Assembly (NCBI GenBank): GCA_943371425.1
Contig: CALRUR010000001.1
Location: 44,689 to 76,688, forward strand
Origin: Sphingobacterium thalpophilum
GTDB lineage: Bacteria; Bacteroidota; Bacteroidia; Sphingobacteriales; Sphingobacteriaceae
Reading direction: 5' to 3'
DNA length: 32,000 nucleotides
Below the pieces are notes generated by a model. The model searched no databases. It saw only the letters and a program-made list of their open reading frames with translations, and was not told where the DNA came from. Of the stretch, positions 25,201-32,000 are shown in pieces (within the stretch, counting starts at the first letter, position 1; the number at the start of each line of letters is the position of its first letter). The translations under genes and the position numbers were made by a program.

Positions 25201-26641
25201 TGTAATACACGGAACAAAAATTAGGTTACGCCCTGTGTTAATGACCGCAGCTGTTGCCTCTATGGGATTTATACCAATGGCTTTGAGTAATGGCGCAGGA
25301 GCAGAAGTACAAAGACCCTTGGCTACCGTGGTAATTGGAGGTTTGTTAACTGCAACTTTACTAACTTTATTTATACTTCCAGTATTATACAAAATGTTCA
25401 GCAATTTTAAATCGAATAAAAAATCGACTGTTACTGTTGTTTCAGTACTAATTTTGATGTTAATTGGCAACAATGTGTTCGCACAAAATTCTATTACATG
25501 GAACGAAGCACGAACTCGTTTATTGGAACAAAACTTAGTTATAAAAGCTACTGAAAATTACTCTTCGACTGTTCAAAAGAGCAAAGGTTTAGGATTCGAA
25601 ATTCCGAAAACAGAATTGAGTGTGCAGAGCGGGCAATACAATAGCGGCGACCAAGACAGAGCTTACAGCATTATGCAGAGTTTCCATTTCCCTACGTACT
25701 ATGTAAATAATGCTAAGTATACAAATGCTCAGAAAGAGGTAGTAAAAGCAGAGCAAGAGTTAAAGAAACAAGAGCTCTTAGCCGATTTACATTTTCAATT
25801 TTATTGCATTCAATTATTTTCTGAAAAAGAAAAATACTTAGCTGACCTTCAATCTCAACTAAAAAATTTAGAGAACAGCATTACACTACTTTTTGAAAAA
25901 GGGCAAATAAATAGGATGGAGAAATCGATGTTAGACAATGCCCTCATCAATATACAAAAAGAAAAAAGTTTGAACACGGCAATATTAAATGCACATGTGC
26001 AAAAATTGAATTGGCTGCTATCTGCAAATAATCAATACACAAATGTAGATGCAAATTCTTTTTATGAAGTTAAAGAAATCTATGCTGTTGATAAGACCTC
26101 GTACTTTATACAACGCTTAATGGCAGAAAATGAAATGCAAAAAAATGCTTGGAAAACAGAACGCGCGCGTTTATTACCCGATGTACGCCTCGGCTATACA
26201 AACCAAAGCCTTACGGGCATTGTGTACGATGGTAGAATTACCAGCACTAGCGACCGCTTTCAGTTTATAAATGCCGGCATTAGCATCCCTATTTTTTATC
26301 AATCTCAATATGCTAAAAATAAAATAGCCAAAGCAAATTGGGAAAAAAGTATTGCGCAATTAGATTTCGAGAAAGACAAACTCAATTTAGAAAAACAACG
26401 ATTGATATCTATTTACAGAGAAGAACAACAACTTTTATTGAAATATAAAAACAGTATTTTACCAGACATGCAATTGGCCATAAATTCTTCTGTACAACAG
26501 CTAGAAAAAGGAAGCATCAGTTATTCAGAATGGGCAATGTATATTAACCAAGTTATTAGTACCTATGATGTGTACCAGGGTTTGTATATGCAGAGTTTGC
26601 AGGACTATACGGAATTGTTAATTGTGAATTGTGAATTGTAA
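22298..26641 (+). CDS. CusA/CzcA-family heavy-metal RND permease fused in frame to a TolC/CzcC-like outer-membrane factor
   Basis: 1447 aa. Residues 1-1032 form a full 12-TM RND (LPIDAVPDITDNQAQIIT, GAIDFGLIVDGAVIIVE, the CzcA-type start and TM4 motifs). Residues 1033-1447 start with a signal-peptide-like MFSNFKSNKKSTVTVVSVLILMLIGNNVFAQ|N. These are followed by coiled-coil/beta-barrel OMF repeats. No stop codon separates the two parts. Confidence 0.92.
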   Translation: MLNAIISFSVRQKLIIALFTFSLVLWGIYEATRLPIDAVPDITDNQAQIITISPALGAPDVERLITFPIEQANSNIPGIKKIRSFSRFGLSLVTIVFEDEVDIYWARQQIAERLLKVQNDLPKGVGNPELAPVTTGLGEIYQYVVRAEKGYEEKYSISDLRTIQDWIIRRQLLGVKGVADVSSFGGALKQYEVSINPAQLQANGISINEVFEALNSNNSNTGGAYIERGDGILYIRSEGLLKTFADIENIVVKTNSSGTPLRIRDVAKVQFAEAVRYGAMCYNADGEVAGAIVMMLKGANSSEVIDNVKTRIEEIRKTLPEGIVLEAFLDRSKMVNNAIGTVEKNLMEGALIVIFVLVLFLGNLRAGLIVASVIPLSMLFAIIMMNLFGVSGNLMSLGAIDFGLIVDGAVIIVEAIMHQLSHSKRFVNITKLSQSEMNEEVNSSASKMMNSAVFGQIIILVVYLPIFSLQGIEGKMFSPMAATVAFALVGAFLLSLTYVPMMSSLFISKKIKHEPNISDRVMIALEKKYQHALEFVLNHKRKSLALVFAIFLFSIFLLSNMGGEFIPELEEGDFAVDTRVLTGSNLNTTIEGTQATAKILLEKFPEVEKVVTKIGSGEIPTDPMPIEASDMMVILKDKSEWTSAETYDELAEKMSEELAAVPGLTVGFQYPVQMRFNELMTGARQDVVCKIFGEDLDTLALYAHKLGEIIKTVDGAKDLYVEAIGGMPQIVIQYKREALAQYGISVDEINSTVNAAYAGAVSGKIYEGEKQFDLVVRMDKNFKNDMESLENLLVSRTNGSSVPLSLLADISIIDGPNQIQREDAKRRIIIGFNVRGKDVQTIVTELKAKVDKQIKLPPGYYTVYGGSFENLVAATNRLAVAVPLSLLLILLMLYFAFGSVKQSILIFSAIPLSAIGGIFALSLRGLPFSISAGIGFIALFGVAVLNGIVLIAEFNRLRKEGWHDARQIVIHGTKIRLRPVLMTAAVASMGFIPMALSNGAGAEVQRPLATVVIGGLLTATLLTLFILPVLYKMFSNFKSNKKSTVTVVSVLILMLIGNNVFAQNSITWNEARTRLLEQNLVIKATENYSSTVQKSKGLGFEIPKTELSVQSGQYNSGDQDRAYSIMQSFHFPTYYVNNAKYTNAQKEVVKAEQELKKQELLADLHFQFYCIQLFSEKEKYLADLQSQLKNLENSITLLFEKGQINRMEKSMLDNALINIQKEKSLNTAILNAHVQKLNWLLSANNQYTNVDANSFYEVKEIYAVDKTSYFIQRLMAENEMQKNAWKTERARLLPDVRLGYTNQSLTGIVYDGRITSTSDRFQFINAGISIPIFYQSQYAKNKIAKANWEKSIAQLDFEKDKLNLEKQRLISIYREEQQLLLKYKNSILPDMQLAINSSVQQLEKGSISYSEWAMYINQVISTYDVYQGLYMQSLQDYTELLIVNCEL

Positions 26642-26686
26642 AACAGTACGCTGTATGTTGTACAGTGTACATTGTAAAACATACAG
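26612..26686 (+). terminator. (AATTGTG)n tract encoding the last residues and stop of the RND-OMF gene, followed by a TGTACAG/ACATACAG word hairpin
   Basis: gaattgttaattgtgaattgtgaattgtaa (26612-26641) encodes ELLIVNCEL*. The stem is ctgtatgtt (26651-26659) paired with aacatacag (26678-26686). Confidence 0.6.
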
Positions 26687-26707
26687 TATACGTAATAAAC
26701 TAAAAAG

Positions 26708-27847
26708 ATGCAAAAGAAAATTATTTTTACATTATTAGCAAGCACGTTACTTATGGCTTGTAATGATAAAAAAGCTACAGAACAGGAAAAGGTAGTAGAA
26801 GAAAATACAGTAGAAGAAATTGTGTTGACAAAAGCACAATTAAAAAACATTGAATTGGATTATGTAGCTATTGAACAAAAAGGAATTGGTGCCATAATTA
26901 AAGCCAATGGTAGTATTGATGTACCGCCAGAGAGCATGGTTAGCATATCGGCGCCAATGGGTGGCTATTTAAAATATACACGATTATTGCCAGGACTAAA
27001 AGTAAAAAAAGGCGAAGTATTGGCAATTGTAGAAGATCAGCAGTTTGTAGAAATCGGTAGAGAGTATTTAACTACCAAAAACAAAGTAGAACTGAATAAA
27101 ATTGATTTTCAGAAACAAAAAGAATTGTATGCACAAAAAGCTATTTCGGAAAAAGCTTATTTAGAAGCAAAGAGTGGCTTAGAAATTCTCGAGATTAACT
27201 TACAATCCTTATCAGAAAAATTAAAATTGATAGGCATAGATGCAAACAAATTGAGTGTCGACAAAATATCGTCGAAGGTAAACATCCTTTCTCCTATTAA
27301 CGGCTATGTATCGAAGGTAAATGTAAATGTTGGCAAATACTTATCGCCAAACGATATATTATTTGAATTAATAAATCCAGACGACATTCATTTAAACATT
27401 CAAATATTTCAGCGCGACATTCCGAATTTAGCCATCGGACAAAAAGTAATTACCTACACCAACGAACATCCAGAAGTAAAATACAAAGCCGACATTATTT
27501 TAATTGGTCGCGGGCTCAATGAAAACAAGGCAGTTGACGTGCATTGCCATTTCGAAAAACCAGACCACGATTTAATACCGGGAATGTTTATGAATGTTGA
27601 AATAGAATCGAGCATTAAAAAAACATGGGTAGTAAAAGAGAGTTCTGTTTTACAGTTCGAAAATGCGAACTACTTAGTAATTGCAAAAAACGATTCGACT
27701 TTTGAATTGTTTACAGTTAAAACAGGAATCAAAGAAAAAGAAGATATAGAGATATTAGATGCTACAGAAGAATTAAAGAATGCAAAGATTGTAGGGAATG
27801 GAGCGTATAAGATTTTGATGGCGATGAAGAATAAGAGTGAAGAGTAG
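26708..27847 (+). CDS. Efflux RND periplasmic adaptor (CzcB/HlyD family) lipoprotein
   Basis: 379 aa. Lipobox LLASTLLMAC. It shows lipoyl/barrel-sandwich motifs (ISAPMGGYLKY...KKGEVLAIVED ... ILSPINGYVSKVNVNVGKYLSP) and a coiled-coil hairpin. Confidence 0.9.
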   Translation: MQKKIIFTLLASTLLMACNDKKATEQEKVVEENTVEEIVLTKAQLKNIELDYVAIEQKGIGAIIKANGSIDVPPESMVSISAPMGGYLKYTRLLPGLKVKKGEVLAIVEDQQFVEIGREYLTTKNKVELNKIDFQKQKELYAQKAISEKAYLEAKSGLEILEINLQSLSEKLKLIGIDANKLSVDKISSKVNILSPINGYVSKVNVNVGKYLSPNDILFELINPDDIHLNIQIFQRDIPNLAIGQKVITYTNEHPEVKYKADIILIGRGLNENKAVDVHCHFEKPDHDLIPGMFMNVEIESSIKKTWVVKESSVLQFENANYLVIAKNDSTFELFTVKTGIKEKEDIEILDATEELKNAKIVGNGAYKILMAMKNKSEE

Positions 27848-27858
27848 ATCGTTTGCTC

Positions 27859-27886
27859 GTGTGATAGTATGCTAGTGTGCTAGTGA
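27859..27886 (-). repeat. Inverse-orientation copy of the TAGCACAC/TAGCATAC word repeat, 3' of the RND adaptor gene
   Basis: gtgtgatagtatgctagtgtgctagtga is the reverse complement of tcactagcacactagcatactatcacac. Confidence 0.75.
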
Positions 27887-27930
27887 GGAAGATTGTTAAA
27901 AATATTTATTTATTTTTTTTCTTTTTCTTC

Positions 27931-28055
27931 ATCCTTTGAATTTTGAAATACAAAAGCAAGTTATTGAGTTCTATAGTAGAAATAGAATGCAACGGATTTT
28001 ACCTCGTGAATTCTATTCTTTTTATAGCACCTTTGTATTTCAAAATTTAAAGGAT
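27931..28055. repeat. ~125-bp nested imperfect palindrome between convergent genes
   Basis: The outer arms are atcctttgaattttgaaatacaaaag (27931-27956) and ctttgtatttcaaaatttaaaggat (28031-28055), about 25 nt with 1 mismatch. The inner arms are gttctatagtagaaatagaat (27969-27989) and attctattctttttatagcac (28010-28030). Confidence 0.75.
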
Positions 28056-28106
28056 TGAGGTATAGTTTATCTTCGTAGCTAAGCATTAAATAGGTAAGTG
28101 CATCGC

Positions 28107-28145
28107 TTCATTCACAATTCACAATTCATAATTCATAATTCAACC
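28107..28145 (+). repeat. Tandem CACAATT/CATAATT heptamers overlapping the stop codon of the T9SS gene 28133..29626
   Basis: ttcattcacaattcacaattcataattcataattcaacc. It ends in the same cataattcaac string as 22284-22294. Confidence 0.8.
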
Positions 28146-29626
28146 ACCATTTTCCCAAAGGCCTGGCTCCCATCCTCCAACATTACTTGTACAATGTAAG
28201 CACCCGTAGGCAAAGCCGAAACATCTATATTTATTGAATTGTATGTGCCTTCGAGCAAGAGCTTGCCAGTATAATCGGCTATGCGATAAGAAATAATTTT
28301 AGCACTATGCTCAAACTGAATTTTATCTTTTGCAGGGTTGGGATAAATTTTAATTTCTTCTTTGCTAAAGGGAATATTATTAATGCCAACTAATTGACAA
28401 CCGGGTGTAAGACAACCGAAGGTATCGACTTTGAGGAGCCAGGCGTCTTGGCTAGCATTGCTACCATTAGGGTTAAAACTATATCCAGCCATAATGAATC
28501 CATCACTACTTTTTTGTATATTATAAAAATTATGAGGTCTTATTGAATTCACATTAAATAATCTCTCGGATAAACTATCACCATAACTATTAACAATTAT
28601 AAGCCAACCTTGTTGATTAATTAAATTGTTATTAAATGTAAAACCACATGCATATATATTACCATTTTTAACTACAATACCATTAACAGTGCAATCTTTA
28701 GGGCCACCAAAAGATTTCTTCCAATTTAAATCTCCATTTGTATCTACACATATAATTTGAGCTTTTAGATTACCTAGACCATCTGCCCTAGTATTGTAAG
28801 AACCAGCTATGTATAATTTATTGGTATTTTTATCAAAAACAATTGATTCCCCTCCTTCTCTTGGAAAGGTTGAGTACGTTTTTTTCCAAATAAGATTTCC
28901 GTTAATATTTACCTTTATAAGAAATGTTTTATTTGTAGAATTTTGTGAAGTATAGCCAATAAGGAAATAATCTTGATTCGGTAGTTGAACAACACCATAA
29001 CCAGATTCAAAGCTTGTTGAGGTATTCGAATATGTTTTATGCCATCTCACATTACCTAACGAATCCAATTTCATCATTACAAAATCACAATTTACACCAG
29101 ATTGGATTTGATTGCAAGATTGTCCTACAACCATATAACCTGAATCCAACGTTGGAATCATTTGGGTTGAATAATCATTTCCCTTGAACACATCGTAATA
29201 TCTTGTGCTTATAGTATCTCCAAGTTCATTGAGGTTCCAAATACCAAAATATCCACCTTTTTGTTCATTTTCATAGGCTACTAAATCAATTACAGTACCT
29301 ACTAATATATACCCTTTATTGGTTTTTGTAAATGTATTAAATCCAATACTATAATTTTTCTTTTTATAAATTTTCGTCCAAACTGTATCCCCATTTTGAT
29401 TTGTCTTTACAATTAAAATTGATGTAACAGCAAAACCTAAGGTATCAATATTGGAAAAATCAGTTGATGAAGTGACTGTAAAATATCCTGAGTCGCCTAA
29501 CACTAGAACATCTGCACATAAATCTTGAAACCCTACAATTCCAATATTTTTAGAAAAACGAATCTGGGAAGAAGCTATGCTTGCTGTGAAGCAGAAAAAT
29601 AATGCTAATAGCCAGATTCGTTTCAT
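28133..29626 (-). CDS. T9SS-sorted secreted protein with beta-propeller-like repeats (SBBP-like)
   Basis: 497 aa. Signal peptide MKRIWLLALFFCFTASIASSQ. A ~50-aa repeat with the G(D/N)xxWxKxY pattern recurs: NGDTVWTKIY, LGNVRWHKTY, NGNLIWKKTY, NGDLNWKKSF. The C-terminal sorting domain reads IKIYPNPAKDKIQFEH...LPTGAYIVQVMLEDGSQAFGKMVVEL. Confidence 0.85.
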   Translation of the reverse strand: MKRIWLLALFFCFTASIASSQIRFSKNIGIVGFQDLCADVLVLGDSGYFTVTSSTDFSNIDTLGFAVTSILIVKTNQNGDTVWTKIYKKKNYSIGFNTFTKTNKGYILVGTVIDLVAYENEQKGGYFGIWNLNELGDTISTRYYDVFKGNDYSTQMIPTLDSGYMVVGQSCNQIQSGVNCDFVMMKLDSLGNVRWHKTYSNTSTSFESGYGVVQLPNQDYFLIGYTSQNSTNKTFLIKVNINGNLIWKKTYSTFPREGGESIVFDKNTNKLYIAGSYNTRADGLGNLKAQIICVDTNGDLNWKKSFGGPKDCTVNGIVVKNGNIYACGFTFNNNLINQQGWLIIVNSYGDSLSERLFNVNSIRPHNFYNIQKSSDGFIMAGYSFNPNGSNASQDAWLLKVDTFGCLTPGCQLVGINNIPFSKEEIKIYPNPAKDKIQFEHSAKIISYRIADYTGKLLLEGTYNSINIDVSALPTGAYIVQVMLEDGSQAFGKMVVEL

Positions 29627-29659
29627 TGATGATATTTTATTCTAAGATAATGATTTTTT

Positions 29660-29818
29660 AACCTCACCCTAAATCCCTCTCCAAAGGAGAAGGACCACAG
29701 AGTCAAAACTTTGAAGCTCTATCACGTTTTTACAATTATAAAAAGTAAGTTTTTCAGATTTATTAAAATACCTGATGCACTTAGCCCCTCTCCTTTGGAG
29801 AGGGGTTGGGGTGAGGTT
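29660..29818. repeat. GC-rich 34-nt inverted repeats (each with an internal ctctcc-aaa-ggagag mini-hairpin) flanking ~90 bp of AT-rich spacer
   Basis: The left arm is aacctcaccctaaatccctctccaaaggagaagg (29660-29693). The right arm is cccctctcctttggagaggggttggggtgaggtt (29785-29818). The arms are complementary apart from 1 indel and a few mismatches. The right arm overlaps the stop codon of the gene at 29817. Confidence 0.8.
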
Positions 29819-31304
29819 ACTCAATCACCAACTTCCCAAACGCTTGAGATTTATTTTCCAATAACACCTGAACGATATAGACACCATTTGGTAAACTCTC
29901 TACCTCAATTCCTCTCTCTGTATAGTTACCCGCTAATAAAAGTTTACCTGCGTAATCAGCAATTCGGTACGATAAAATTTTACCGCTGTGTTTAAATTGA
30001 ATTTTATCTTTTGCAGGGTTGGGATAAATTTTAATTTCTTCTCTGCTGAAAGGAACATTATCTAATCCTACTAATTGACAACCTGGGGTAAGGCAACCAA
30101 AGGTGTCGACTTTTAAAAGCCAGGCATCTTGTGAATTAATAGAATCATTAAGATTAATTCCATACCCCGACATTAAAAAACCATCATTAGTAGTATTGAT
30201 ATTATAAATTTGCTCGGGCCAAATTGAATTAGGATTATATAATCTTTGAAACAAGCTATCACCATTAACATTTATTGAAAATAGCCAACCTTGTCCTCGA
30301 TCTAAAGAATCATAATTACTATTGTTTCCAACAAGCTTTATTTTATAATTATAATAAATAACATTAGTAAATCCACAGTTACGCTTTCCTCCAAAAGATT
30401 TATTCCATATTTTATTGCCAGACGTATCAATCAACATAACACAACCTTTTGAAGTACCTGTTCCATCTGCATTTGTTGCATAGGATCCTGCTAGAATTAT
30501 TTTATTGTCGATTTGCTGTATAGCTAGCCCAGCTTGACGTGGAAATTCATTATACGTTTTTTTCCATAGTAAATTACCTAAACTATCTGTCTTTACAAGG
30601 AACCATTTCATAATTCCATTAAGAGTAGTCTGACCGAATAGATAAAATGTTCCATCAGCAAGTTGAATTAATGAATTAGGATTTTCAAAACTTGTATTGC
30701 TTTGTTTATAAATTTGATGCCATTGCTTAATTCCTAAACTATCTAATTTCATTAAAAAGTAATTACACTTTCTACCTGATTGAACTTGGTTACAAGTTTG
30801 TCCGAAAATTGCAAATCCATTATCTATCGTTTTGATAATTTTAATTACATATTCATTCCCAAATTGTATATCATAGTTTTGTGTTGATATAGTATCCCCA
30901 ACTTTATCTATTTTCCAAAGTTTTATATAAGATCCAAAATCATTTTCACTATACTTCTTTAAGTCGAATTCCATTCCTGCAAATAAAAACCCCCAACTCG
31001 CATTCATTATGCTGGCTCCATCTATATTATACCTTGGTTTACTATAAGTTTTAGTTGAAATTGTGTCACCATATAAATTTGTTCGAATAGCATATAAATA
31101 TGTCTTAGCAAAATTTAGAGTATCAATTTCAGATAATCCAATACATCTGCTAATTGTAAAAAAACCTGTATCTCCAAGTACAACTACATCGGAAATTAAG
31201 TTTGCTGTATGATTGTAATCGTAAAATTTAGAAAAACGTATCTGCCCATTTACTGTGATAAATGGGGTAGAAAATAAAAATAAAATTAGGCAGATTCGCT
31301 TCAT
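29817..31304 (-). CDS. T9SS-sorted secreted protein, tandem paralog of 28133..29626
   Basis: 495 aa with the same architecture. It shares WLLKVDTFGCLTPGCQLVG, and its CTD reads IKIYPNPAKDKIQFKH...LPNGVYIVQVLLENKSQAFGKLVIE. Confidence 0.85.
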   Translation of the reverse strand: MKRICLILFLFSTPFITVNGQIRFSKFYDYNHTANLISDVVVLGDTGFFTISRCIGLSEIDTLNFAKTYLYAIRTNLYGDTISTKTYSKPRYNIDGASIMNASWGFLFAGMEFDLKKYSENDFGSYIKLWKIDKVGDTISTQNYDIQFGNEYVIKIIKTIDNGFAIFGQTCNQVQSGRKCNYFLMKLDSLGIKQWHQIYKQSNTSFENPNSLIQLADGTFYLFGQTTLNGIMKWFLVKTDSLGNLLWKKTYNEFPRQAGLAIQQIDNKIILAGSYATNADGTGTSKGCVMLIDTSGNKIWNKSFGGKRNCGFTNVIYYNYKIKLVGNNSNYDSLDRGQGWLFSINVNGDSLFQRLYNPNSIWPEQIYNINTTNDGFLMSGYGINLNDSINSQDAWLLKVDTFGCLTPGCQLVGLDNVPFSREEIKIYPNPAKDKIQFKHSGKILSYRIADYAGKLLLAGNYTERGIEVESLPNGVYIVQVLLENKSQAFGKLVIE

Positions 31305-31306
31305 AA

Positions 31307-31999
31307 TTATTCTAAGATAATCAATCTTTTGTTGAGTTGGTATGATTGAGCTCCATTAAGTAAACGAATAGTGTATACCCCAGGCAAAAGAATCCCCTTT
31401 TCTATAGTTAAATCACCATTTTCTTCAATGTTTACTTCTTTAATAATCTTACCATGCATATCAATAATATTTATCAGTCCACTTGCTGATGAACTTAATT
31501 TTATTAAGAAATTTCCATTACTTGGATTGGGCATTAAAATAAGTTCAGGTTTAATTTTTTGATTTAATCCTTTATTCTCTTCTAAATGTTCATTAAAATA
31601 TTCTTCAACTTCATTAGTTAATGCTTTAGTTGTTTTAGTGTTATTATGTACTACCATGTTTGACTCCTCCCATCGTTCAGCTTCTCGGACGTACTGATAG
31701 CCAAAAAATATTTCTAAAATCTTTTTTGAAGCATTTGATATTGGTGTAACACCATCTGCCAAAGTTGCAATATCTCCTGTCAATCCAATATCTCCTACAC
31801 TGTCTATAGGTAGAGATTCGTTATTTATATCCAGTGCCAATTGCATAAAATCTTTATACTCACCAATAGGCAAATTATCAATAATATCTTGAGGATTAAC
31901 ATTCATATTCGCTCCATATTCAATATACATTGGTAGTTTTAGTTCTTCCCATTCAGATGATGTTTCTGCTTCAATCATTTGTCTTAATTCTTCTATCAT
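31307..31999 (-). CDS. T9SS-sorted secreted protein, probably 5'-partial (N-terminus beyond window end)
   Basis: C-terminal sorting domain LILMPNPSNGNFLIKL...LPGVYTIRLLNGAQSYQLNKRLIILE. The Met at the window edge (MIEELRQMIEAE) is acidic and not a signal peptide, so the true start is probably outside the window. Confidence 0.75.
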   Translation of the reverse strand: MIEELRQMIEAETSSEWEELKLPMYIEYGANMNVNPQDIIDNLPIGEYKDFMQLALDINNESLPIDSVGDIGLTGDIATLADGVTPISNASKKILEIFFGYQYVREAERWEESNMVVHNNTKTTKALTNEVEEYFNEHLEENKGLNQKIKPELILMPNPSNGNFLIKLSSSASGLINIIDMHGKIIKEVNIEENGDLTIEKGILLPGVYTIRLLNGAQSYQLNKRLIILE

Positions 32000-32000
32000 A

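Noticed and set aside
26612-28130. AATTGTG array (26612-26641) and CACAATT array (28111-28127) as terminal inverted repeats of a mobile element carrying the RND adaptor gene
   Set aside because: The enclosed gene is an integral part of the efflux operon. There is no transposase and no target-site duplication that I can see. The same word family occurs at many unrelated gene ends, so independent boundary elements are the simpler explanation.
29711-29995. 94-aa plus-strand ORF containing SPSPLERGWGEV
   Set aside because: It is assembled from the GC-rich inverted repeat and the antisense strand of the T9SS paralog's sorting-domain region. It is a typical repeat-derived spurious ORF.
31997-31999. 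Met codon at the window edge as the true start of the third T9SS gene
   Set aside because: T9SS cargo needs an N-terminal Sec signal peptide, and MIEELRQMIEAETSSEWEE is acidic and not signal-like. The ORF most likely continues beyond the window.

Overview
AT-rich chromosomal segment of a Bacteroidota-type genome, judged from T9SS C-terminal sorting domains, a four-helix-bundle (23S IVS-type) gene and A-rich start contexts. I support 27 protein-coding genes. One is a roughly 1075-codon minus-strand ORF at 1..3226 that is missing from the supplied ORF track because it has no stop inside the window. I recognised no rRNA, tRNA, CRISPR array, transposase or integrase. Housekeeping genes present: gap, pgk, dapD, miaA, a CCA-type tRNA nucleotidyltransferase, an S4-domain protein, an MFS transporter and a GT4 glycosyltransferase. 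Accessory content: a minimal HisKA_3/LuxR two-component pair, an HD-USP pair, a CzcA-family RND pump fused in frame to its TolC-like outer-membrane factor plus an adaptor, and three T9SS-sorted secreted proteins. The most interesting item is a tightly coupled five-gene minus-strand operon (8630..13597). It encodes a canonical MotA/MotB stator pair, a TPR lipoprotein, a signal-peptide protein with a probable beta-barrel, and a 616-aa membrane protein. That last protein appears to have a periplasmic FliF/YscJ-type ring-building domain, one TM helix, then a cytoplasmic FliG-like N/M/C region with an SQRA...SELESGNPV torque-helix-like motif. This would be a stator plus a FliF-FliG-like fusion in a lineage that normally lacks flagella, with no other flagellar genes nearby. 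A second theme is that nearly every long intergenic spacer is built from short 6-8 nt 'word' repeats arranged as hairpins (AATTCAT, CACAATT, TAGCACAC/TAGCATAC, GTAGAA/TCGAAA, TGTACAG). These often abut or overlap start and stop codons, and one pair brackets the four-helix-bundle gene like an rRNA intervening sequence. All homology calls come from reading motifs in the translations. No searches were run.
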